The notes under the pieces are model-generated. The model was not told where the DNA came from and did no database searches. It saw nothing but the letters and a program-made list of their open reading frames with translations. The position numbers and the translations under genes are program-made. Shown piece after piece: positions 37,201 through 43,163 of a DNA stretch of 64,000 nt. How positions within the stretch are numbered: the stretch's first letter is position 1; each line of letters starts with the position of its first letter. This stretch comes from Bacteroidota bacterium (GTDB lineage Bacteria > Bacteroidota > Bacteroidia > Bacteroidales > GCA-2748055), in contig QMPQ01000001.1 in assembly GCA_003648635.1 (NCBI GenBank), forward strand, positions 8,474 to 72,473. Reading direction: 5' to 3'.

Positions 37201-38487
37201 CGAACAGCCACCAGCATATGTGACTGTGACACTATAAGCGCCCGCCTCCAGTCCGGAGATATCCTGGGTGTTTCCGGTAAAGCCGGATGGACCGGTCCAG
37301 GCATAGGTATAGGGGGGTGTGCCACCTGCCACAGTCAGATCAATGGTCCCATCCCCATCTCCAAAGCAGGTAATATCTGTCTGGGTGGTGGTGGCGGTGA
37401 GTTCTGCAGGCATATTAACTGTGTGGGGAGCCATGATCTGAACACATCCTGCATTATCAGTAACTTCAAGTACATAGGAGCCAGCTGCCAGTCCGGAGAT
37501 ATCCTGGGTGAAGGCGGAAAATCCGTTAGGTCCAGACCATAAATAGGTATAAGGTCCAGAACCTCCCGAGATGGTGGCATCGATGGTCCCGTCATTGCTG
37601 GGCAGGGGCAAACCACAGCTCAGGTCGGTGGGGACAAAGGTGCCAGTAATAGGGCTATTTTCAGTAATGGTCGCCACAGGGGTATAATCTCTGCTACATC
37701 CATTTAGATCCGTAAGGGTAAGGTTGTAGGGTCCAATGGCAAGCCCAGAAATATCCTGGGTATTTGAAGTAAAGCCATTGGGCCCGGTCCAGGCATAGGT
37801 AAAACCTGGTGTGCCTCCGGTTGGGGTAATCTCTATTGCCCCGGTGGCATCTCCATTACAAGCCACATTGGTCACAAGATCGAGGTTCAGATCAACCGGG
37901 TCTGGATTATTGATGATGATAGAAGGAGTAACAGCCGTAGAGCCACAGCCACCTCCATCTCCTGCTGTTACCGTATAGCTTCCTCCCGGCAGGTTGTTAA
38001 AGAATCCAGAAGTGTTGGTGGCACCAATTGGACCTGTAAGGGTGTATACAGGACTGTTCGATTCGCCTGTGGCAGTTACGGTAATGCTACCGTCGTTGTC
38101 ATTGTTACAGGTAATATCGGTGTATCCATAGGAGGTAATTGACATGGAATCGGGTCCCCCCACATTGGCAATCATGTAGACAGAAGTCTCATCTGCATCT
38201 TTGACTCCAATCAGGAATACATCTAACTTTCTTCGTCCCACAGAGGTAATGGTAGTACTTGTTGGGGCTAGCCCGAAATCGACTGGTAAACCAATACCCT
38301 CATAGATATACCATTCGTATGGTGCGGTTCCCCCATAAATCTCGAAAGAGATCCAGCCATCAGTTCCATCCGAACAGGAGGTAGCACCGGTGGTGACATT
38401 TCTGATTTCAAGGTTCTGCGCCGCCAGTGGAATAATTGAAAATGCCAGGAATAGGAAAAGTAGTATGGAATACCTGTATGCTTTCAT
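34282..38487 (-). CDS. Large cell-surface adhesin: about 14 SprB-type repeats plus a T9SS type-B C-terminal sorting domain
   Basis: ORF-track frame runs to 38550 and is trimmed to MKAYRYSILLFLFLAFSIIPLAAQ (ATG at 38487). The repeat pattern is D[IV].C.G..DG.I......GG..PY.Y.W.GP.GF...T.DISGL..G.Y...V.D..GC. The last ~89 aa (34285-34551), AFSPNGDGINDYFEI...YNRWGHKLY...WDG......PLGTYYF, form the gliding-motility type-B CTD. Confidence 0.85.
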   Translation of the reverse strand: MKAYRYSILLFLFLAFSIIPLAAQNLEIRNVTTGATSCSDGTDGWISFEIYGGTAPYEWYIYEGIGLPVDFGLAPTSTTITSVGRRKLDVFLIGVKDADETSVYMIANVGGPDSMSITSYGYTDITCNNDNDGSITVTATGESNSPVYTLTGPIGATNTSGFFNNLPGGSYTVTAGDGGGCGSTAVTPSIIINNPDPVDLNLDLVTNVACNGDATGAIEITPTGGTPGFTYAWTGPNGFTSNTQDISGLAIGPYNLTLTDLNGCSRDYTPVATITENSPITGTFVPTDLSCGLPLPSNDGTIDATISGGSGPYTYLWSGPNGFSAFTQDISGLAAGSYVLEVTDNAGCVQIMAPHTVNMPAELTATTTQTDITCFGDGDGTIDLTVAGGTPPYTYAWTGPSGFTGNTQDISGLEAGAYSVTVTYAGGCSVPFTNIATIAETPEILVSSVKTDISCGGLSDGTIDITISGGLGPYTFAWTGPSGFTATTEDISGLAAGSYSVTVSDAFLCSVLFSNQETILEPSSVVATYDTHQDVLCNGDASGTIDIDVSGGIAPYIYEWSNSSGVPVSSIQDPVGLPADTYSLVITDANGCIFSFADLATISEPPPLTASLSKTDISCFGAGDGTITVLAAGGAGGYEFSSDGLSYQGGATLGSLTPGLYTIWTRDVNLCVITDTITIVEPTEILIQSETATYFCPGNLLGTIFINGVSGGTAPYSYSINNGADFYSTNLFSNLAPGSYQTVVRDATGCLVPGNLNVLVEPAPFQITSYVQDDITSCFYSEEGRIQISAIGGTGTVRYSLNGDPPVTAGDFQDLPGGTHVITLIDGNSCTHDTTVVILTPPVLSIDNITIIDVTVCAGNTNGGLVVTGSGGTGPREFSLDDISYQATGTFNGLAAGDYTAWIRDANGCTVTAPASISEPVPVLAMVTKTDASYGSLGSISISNVTGGTTPYEYSINGLAGPFTGTTTYTDLAPASYLVIVRDADGCTYEEMVLILDVPPLDVLVNVSHVSCFGASDGSIEFVPQDAEGTVQYSIDNGANFQSDPLFTDLPGNITYLLVALDEAGKLFTGAVILTEPAEILFSHTTDSAHCNAFSETGAIDITVSGGTGTFSYLWSDGSTAEDRSNILAGVYGLIITDGINCTRIESITVSSEVTVDAYAGADASICSGASIQLQGAGVGIPVWDPSPYLSDENILDPVASGMTATSTFVLTITETASIYGCYNKDSVTVNIHPLMGLETIEDTFVIEGYSIRLETTGGPFEQYRWEPQTGLDNSTVPDPLATPAVPTRYYVFAINSDGCEEVDSVFIDVIENIQGYNAFSPNGDGINDYFEIRNAERFPEMLVEVYNRWGHKLYSSVGYDSGKRWDGTARGKEVPLGTYYFILVAYPGAKPISGNVTIIR
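35056..38382 (-). repeat. Array of about 14 tandem, diverged SprB-type repeat modules (~75-80 aa each) within the adhesin gene
   Basis: Modules were delimited by recurring Cys...GG..PY...GC frames read from the translation. Boundaries are approximate. Confidence 0.7.
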
Positions 38488-38615
38488 ATGGACTCTAATT
38501 CGTGCTATACCCAGATAAAACTGGAATAGCCTGTCATTGGTTGCAAACACTATCTTTTAGTGCTCCCAGATTGCCATAAAATTAGAAGTTCTGAGTATAG
38601 GAGAAATGCAAAGTT

Positions 38616-39857
38616 TTAAACAATGCTTCCCTTTTCGATGCCGGCCAGGTATTTTTTCGAAATCTGCCGTACGGGGTACCGGGCAGCAATCAACCCGATT
38701 AAGAGTACCGTTATCCATATCAAACAGATATCAAGCGCCTCAATTCGAACAGGATAGGCATCTATAATAAAGGAACCGCTTCCGGTGAGTTCGATGACAC
38801 CAAAGCGCTGCTGGATCCAGCTGATGGCAGTTCCCAGGAAAAGTCCGCTTATACTTCCCAGAATAGAGATTAGCCACCCCTCCATCAGGAAAATTTGTTT
38901 GATAAGTCTGTTTCCTGCACCCATGTTCCTCAGCGTAAGAATGTCCTTTTTCTTATCAATGATCAGCATGGAAAGGGAGCCAATTATATTAAATGAGGCG
39001 ATTATCAGGATGAAGGTCAGGATCAGAAAAATGGCCCACTTTTCCGCCCTCATCACCCGGTAGAATATCTCATTCTGCTGTTCCCTGTTCTTCACATGGA
39101 AATCTTCCCCCATCAGGGACAGGATCTCCTCCAGGACTTCCTCTTCGGGATATAGAGGATCCAGCTTTACCTCCAGGTAGGTGACTTCATCCTTATACAA
39201 AAGGAGCTCTCTAACAAAGTCAATGGGACAGATAATATACCTGGAATCGAAGTCCTGTTCAATTTCAAATATACCAGAGGGGTAAATGAAATCTCTCCGG
39301 ATCGATTCTTCGGGTTGTGACATATTGATTCGGGCCGTACGGTCGATGGTATAGATGAAAAGTGGATCAATAAAGCTAAGCCTGATTCCCAGGCTATAAG
39401 CCACACCACGACCCACCACGACATAGGGTCTGTTCTGATCCTTCAGTTTCATCTCTCCGTCAACGATCATGGAGTCGAGACCGGAGACATCCATGAAAGC
39501 TTCATCAACACCTTTAACGGTAGCAATGTGCTGCCTGTCGCTATAAAGTAGGAGAACATTCTCTTCCATCACCTCCGATAGAGCAGATACTCCTGGAAGA
39601 GATCGAATGGCTTGAGTAGTGGCTGGATCAGGGGTAAATGTTTTACCTTCTTTGGCAGAGATCTGAATATCCGGGTCAAAGGTGTTATAGAGGGATTTAA
39701 CTACTGAATCAAAACCGTTGAAAACTGATAGTACAATTACCAGGGCCATGGTGCCTGTAGTGATACCGAGAACCGAGATACCTGAGATAATATTGATGGC
39801 ATTCTGGGATTTTTTCCCCAGTAAATACCGCTTTGCTATATAAAAGGGAAGGTTCAC
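38616..39857 (-). CDS. FtsX-like ABC transporter permease (LolC/LolE family)
   Basis: 413 aa. The N-terminus MNLPFYIAKRYLLGKKSQNAINIISGISVLGI is the LolC/E signature, followed by a large periplasmic loop and a C-terminal 3-TM FtsX domain. Confidence 0.8.
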   Translation of the reverse strand: MNLPFYIAKRYLLGKKSQNAINIISGISVLGITTGTMALVIVLSVFNGFDSVVKSLYNTFDPDIQISAKEGKTFTPDPATTQAIRSLPGVSALSEVMEENVLLLYSDRQHIATVKGVDEAFMDVSGLDSMIVDGEMKLKDQNRPYVVVGRGVAYSLGIRLSFIDPLFIYTIDRTARINMSQPEESIRRDFIYPSGIFEIEQDFDSRYIICPIDFVRELLLYKDEVTYLEVKLDPLYPEEEVLEEILSLMGEDFHVKNREQQNEIFYRVMRAEKWAIFLILTFILIIASFNIIGSLSMLIIDKKKDILTLRNMGAGNRLIKQIFLMEGWLISILGSISGLFLGTAISWIQQRFGVIELTGSGSFIIDAYPVRIEALDICLIWITVLLIGLIAARYPVRQISKKYLAGIEKGSIV

Positions 39858-40663
39858 TTTTTACACTTCACGATAAGTCCGGTTCCGGTGGAGTGCGTAC
39901 CCCTTACATCAGCCATATTTAAAAAATAGCAGAATGGGTAGACCAGCAGGTAGTACAGAGGCAGTACCAGCAGAAAAATTTTACTAAAATTGGCTAACAA
40001 AATGGGATACTTCATAGAGAGTCTCCAGGAAATTTTACCAGGTCTGCCGTAGGAGTACTTGATTTGAATATTTTCGAAACCGGCTTCTCTTAGTTTTTCA
40101 TCAATCTCTTCTACGCCATAACCATCCCGGACATGTTCATCAATAAAGGAATCATCATGTTCGTGATGCACATCCGATCCTCCCTGGTCCGATGGAGTAG
40201 AAATCAAGAGTATGCCACCCGGTTTTAAGCCCTTGTAAAGATGACGGAAAACGGTTCGGTCATCTTCTATATGCTCCATCACATCAACAGAAAGTGCCAG
40301 GTCCCACTCCTCATGCTCCTCCAGCTTTGTTAAATCGGCGTACTTAAAGCTTACCTTATTATCTAGCTTGATAGCGGAGAAAAATCGATTACAATCATCT
40401 ACCTGCTCCTGCTTTATATCCAGACCGGTGATCTGAGCTCCGGGGTAGCGCATCGACAGGAAATAGACATATTGCCCGAAACCGGAACCTGCATCGGCAA
40501 TCTGTTCAGGAGTGAATCCTGTAAGTTTCAAATTCTTTAACTCCCTGCGTATATGCCAGGAGCGCAATAGAAGCAAATCTAGCAGCCTGTAAAAAAGCCT
40601 CCTTAAAAAAGGAGTACTGTTAAATACTTTACCCAGACTATGCTTGATGGGATCGTACTGCAT
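39854..40663 (-). CDS. Class I SAM-dependent methyltransferase with a hydrophobic C-terminal tail
   Basis: 269 aa with motif I IADAGSGFGQY and a post-II LSVDVMEHI block. The C-terminal stretch IFLLVLPLYYLLVYPFCYFL is hydrophobic. Stop and start overlap both neighbours (4 nt and 1 nt). Confidence 0.75.
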   Translation of the reverse strand: MQYDPIKHSLGKVFNSTPFLRRLFYRLLDLLLLRSWHIRRELKNLKLTGFTPEQIADAGSGFGQYVYFLSMRYPGAQITGLDIKQEQVDDCNRFFSAIKLDNKVSFKYADLTKLEEHEEWDLALSVDVMEHIEDDRTVFRHLYKGLKPGGILLISTPSDQGGSDVHHEHDDSFIDEHVRDGYGVEEIDEKLREAGFENIQIKYSYGRPGKISWRLSMKYPILLANFSKIFLLVLPLYYLLVYPFCYFLNMADVRGTHSTGTGLIVKCKK

Positions 40664-41004
40664 TATTCATCTTTTAGAAGGTCCTCGATGCGGTCGATGT
40701 AATCGAGTGAATCGTCGAGGAAAAAAGCGAATTCGGGAATGTGTCTTAACTGGTTTCGGAGTTTGTTACCCAATTCGCTCCTTACCAGTCCTGCTTTGTC
40801 AGAGATAGCCTGAACAGCTTCCTTCGCATTTTCGCCCGGGAAGACGCTCAGATAGACCTTGGCTACGCCGAGATCAGGGCTTATTCGGACAACTGTGACC
40901 GTAATCATCTTTCCTCCTGTAAGGGCAGAACCCTGTCTTTGGAAATAGTCACCAAGCTCTTTTTGAAGCAACCTGGATACTTTATGCTGGCGGGTTGTGG
41001 TCAT
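40663..41004 (-). CDS. rbfA: Ribosome-binding factor A
   Basis: ORF-track frame runs to 41088 and is trimmed to MTTTRQHKVSRLLQKELGDYF (ATG at 41004), the standard RbfA N-terminus. The longer form would overlap trpS. Confidence 0.85.
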   Translation of the reverse strand: MTTTRQHKVSRLLQKELGDYFQRQGSALTGGKMITVTVVRISPDLGVAKVYLSVFPGENAKEAVQAISDKAGLVRSELGNKLRNQLRHIPEFAFFLDDSLDYIDRIEDLLKDE

Positions 41005-41009
41005 CGGGG

Positions 41010-41017
41010 CAAAAGTA
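41010..41017 (-). promoter_or_regulatory. -7 promoter box (TACTTTTG on the minus strand) 5 nt upstream of the rbfA ATG
   Basis: Plus-strand caaaagta at 41010-41017 is an exact TAnnTTTG match on the minus strand. Confidence 0.45.
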
Positions 41018-41038
41018 CGTTTTTTCAATAACATTTTA

Positions 41039-41046
41039 TAGTTTTG
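41039..41046 (+). promoter_or_regulatory. -7 promoter box (TAGTTTTG) 4 nt upstream of the trpS ATG
   Basis: This is an exact TAnnTTTG match. The trpS start is fixed by the conserved N-terminus MDTVLSGIRSTGKLHLGNY. Confidence 0.45.
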
Positions 41047-41050
41047 CACG

Positions 41051-42040
41051 ATGGACACAGTATTAAGCGGAATCAGGTCGACCGGCAAACTTCACCTGGG
41101 GAATTATTTTGGAGCTATTAGGAATTTTGTGAAGATGCAGCACGAGAACAGGTGTTTCTTTTTCGTGGCCGATTATCATGCCCTGACTACGCATCCTACA
41201 CCTGAAAACCTCCATAACAATATCAGGACCGTATTGTCGGAATACCTGGCGGCCGGACTGGATCCGGAAGTGGCCACTCTTTATGTTCAGAGCGACGTAC
41301 CGGAGATTTCGGAGCTCTATCTCTTATTGAATATGAATGCCTATGTAGGCGAACTGGAGCGTACCACAACCTTTAAAGAGAAGATTCGCAAACAGCCGGA
41401 GAACATCAATGCCGGACTGTTAACTTACCCGGTGCTGATGTGTGCCGATATAATAATCCACAATGCGGACAAAGTCCCTGTGGGTAAGGACCAAGAGCAG
41501 AACCTGGAGATGGCAAGAAAATTTGCCAGGCGATTCAACCATATGTATGGGGTGGAGTATTTCACATTGCCCGAACCCTATAATTTTGGTGAGGAACTGG
41601 TAAAGATTCCTGGCCTGGATGGAACAGGCAAGATGGGTAAAAGTGAGGGGAACGGGATCTACCTGTCAGATGAGCCCGCGGTTATCCGCAAGAAGGTAAT
41701 GCGCGCAGTGACTGATGCCGGCCCCCAGGAGCCCAATGCACCCATGACCGAACCCATTGCTAACCTTTTCTACCTGTTGGAGACACTATCCACTCCGGAT
41801 ACGGTGAAACATTTCAGGGATAGCTACAATGACTGCACCATTCGTTACGGGGACTTAAAAAAGCAGCTGGCCGAAGACATGATCAACTTCACGACCCCCA
41901 TCCGCGAACGAATCAACGACATCTACAATGATTCAGACTATCTGCGCAAAGTGGTGAAAATGGGAGCTGAGAAAGCCCGCGAAAGCGCATCGAAGACCGT
42001 TCGCGAGGTCCGCGAAATTATCGGTTATAAGCCCTTTTAG
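41051..42040 (+). CDS. trpS: Tryptophan--tRNA ligase
   Basis: 329 aa with class I HIGH-like GKLHLGNY and KMSKS-like KMGKS motifs. Confidence 0.95.
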   Translation: MDTVLSGIRSTGKLHLGNYFGAIRNFVKMQHENRCFFFVADYHALTTHPTPENLHNNIRTVLSEYLAAGLDPEVATLYVQSDVPEISELYLLLNMNAYVGELERTTTFKEKIRKQPENINAGLLTYPVLMCADIIIHNADKVPVGKDQEQNLEMARKFARRFNHMYGVEYFTLPEPYNFGEELVKIPGLDGTGKMGKSEGNGIYLSDEPAVIRKKVMRAVTDAGPQEPNAPMTEPIANLFYLLETLSTPDTVKHFRDSYNDCTIRYGDLKKQLAEDMINFTTPIRERINDIYNDSDYLRKVVKMGAEKARESASKTVREVREIIGYKPF

Positions 42041-42051
42041 GATATACCCTC

Positions 42052-42120
42052 GTATATACTGCTTCGCCGCTTAAGACTTTTGCTGCGCAAAATTTTATAG
42101 GCGGCATCAACAGCATATAC
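42052..42120. repeat. Structured intergenic element, copy A (outer stem plus inner hairpin plus conserved TTTATAGGC)
   Basis: The outer stem GTATATACTG (42052-42061) pairs with CAGCATATAC (42111-42120) at 9/10 bp. The 49-nt core is 32/49 identical, with no gaps, to the core of copy B at 54255-54303. Confidence 0.6.
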
Positions 42121-42341
42121 TTCGGTTTTTGTAAAGGCTTATACAGGAAATCTCCCGAAATCACGAAGGTTGAAGAAGGGAAGCCTTTCTATTTCAAGGA
42201 GCTCATCAGAATATCAGGTTCACCGCCTCCCCATTTTTATCACTCCCGGGAATACTCATTCCCATTTATTAATATATCCTGAAGATTGCTGCGAGTGGGA
42301 TACCCTGAAGATATAAATGTGCGGAATGAGTAAGGGGGGTA

Positions 42342-42375
42342 TAAAAAAATAAAAGTCCGCCTGTTGAGACGGACC
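42342..42375 (-). terminator. Weak rho-independent terminator downstream of ung
   Basis: The minus strand reads GTCCG-10 nt-CGGAC followed by TTTTATTTTTTT. The stem is only 5 bp. Confidence 0.4.
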
Positions 42376-42446
42376 TGGCCCTGTATTGTCAGGGATATGA
42401 TGGATGAACTGTCGCTAAGTATAAAACAAAATGCGTGCCAAAAGCG

Positions 42447-43124
42447 CTATAGTGCCCAATCAATCCCAGGTTTCCCCTGCTTTTCAAGGTAATCATTGGT
42501 AAGGGAGAAGTGCTTGCAACCAAAAAATCCGTTGTATGCGGAGAGTGGCGATGGGTGTGCCGATTTCAGGATTAGGTGTTTACTGCTGTCGATAAGGGAT
42601 TCCTTGGCCTGTGCAAAGCGACCCCAGAGTAGAAAGACCACTCCGCTTTTTTCCTGTGAAACGACTTCAATAACCCGGTTCGTAAAGGTTTCCCAGCCAT
42701 GTTTCTGGTGAGATCCTGCCTGGCTGTCACGTACTGTCAGGGTGGCATTGATAAGCAAAACCCCCTGATCAGCCCATTTATCCAGGGTGCCATGTTTCGG
42801 TATGGCTATACTTAAATCAGCTTGCAGCTCCTTGAATATATTGACCAGCGAGGGAGGTTTGGGAATACCCTGGGGAACAGAAAAACACAATCCGTGAGCC
42901 TGACCTTTGCCGTGATAGGGATCCTGCCCCAGGATCACCACCTTTACCCGGTCAAAAGGAGTCCGCTGAAATGCATTAAAAATTAGTCTGCCCGGGGGGT
43001 AGAGGGTATATATTTTTTTCTCCTCAACCAGGAACTCTTTAAGTGTTCTGAAATATGGGGACTGGAACTGATCCAACAGGACCGATTTCCAACCCGCTTC
43101 AATGATTGGATCAATTGCTTGCAT
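42447..43124 (-). CDS. ung: Uracil-DNA glycosylase (family 1)
   Basis: 225 aa with [21 protein letters not shown] and the C-terminal HPSPLS motif. Confidence 0.95.
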   Translation of the reverse strand: MQAIDPIIEAGWKSVLLDQFQSPYFRTLKEFLVEEKKIYTLYPPGRLIFNAFQRTPFDRVKVVILGQDPYHGKGQAHGLCFSVPQGIPKPPSLVNIFKELQADLSIAIPKHGTLDKWADQGVLLINATLTVRDSQAGSHQKHGWETFTNRVIEVVSQEKSGVVFLLWGRFAQAKESLIDSSKHLILKSAHPSPLSAYNGFFGCKHFSLTNDYLEKQGKPGIDWAL

Positions 43125-43163
43125 GGCATGAAAGTAATTAAAGTGGAGCAGCAGCGCAATGGT

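Noticed and set aside
42037-42282. A stop-free reading frame of about 80 codons running from the trpS stop region through element copy A (..YTASPLKTFAAQNFIGGINSIYFGF..GKPFYFKELIRISG..)
   Set aside because: It has no ATG, GTG or TTG start in a sensible position and is in a different frame from trpS, which already ends at a normal length. The homologous stretch in copy B carries an in-frame TGA, so the A/B conservation is at nucleotide or structure level rather than coding.
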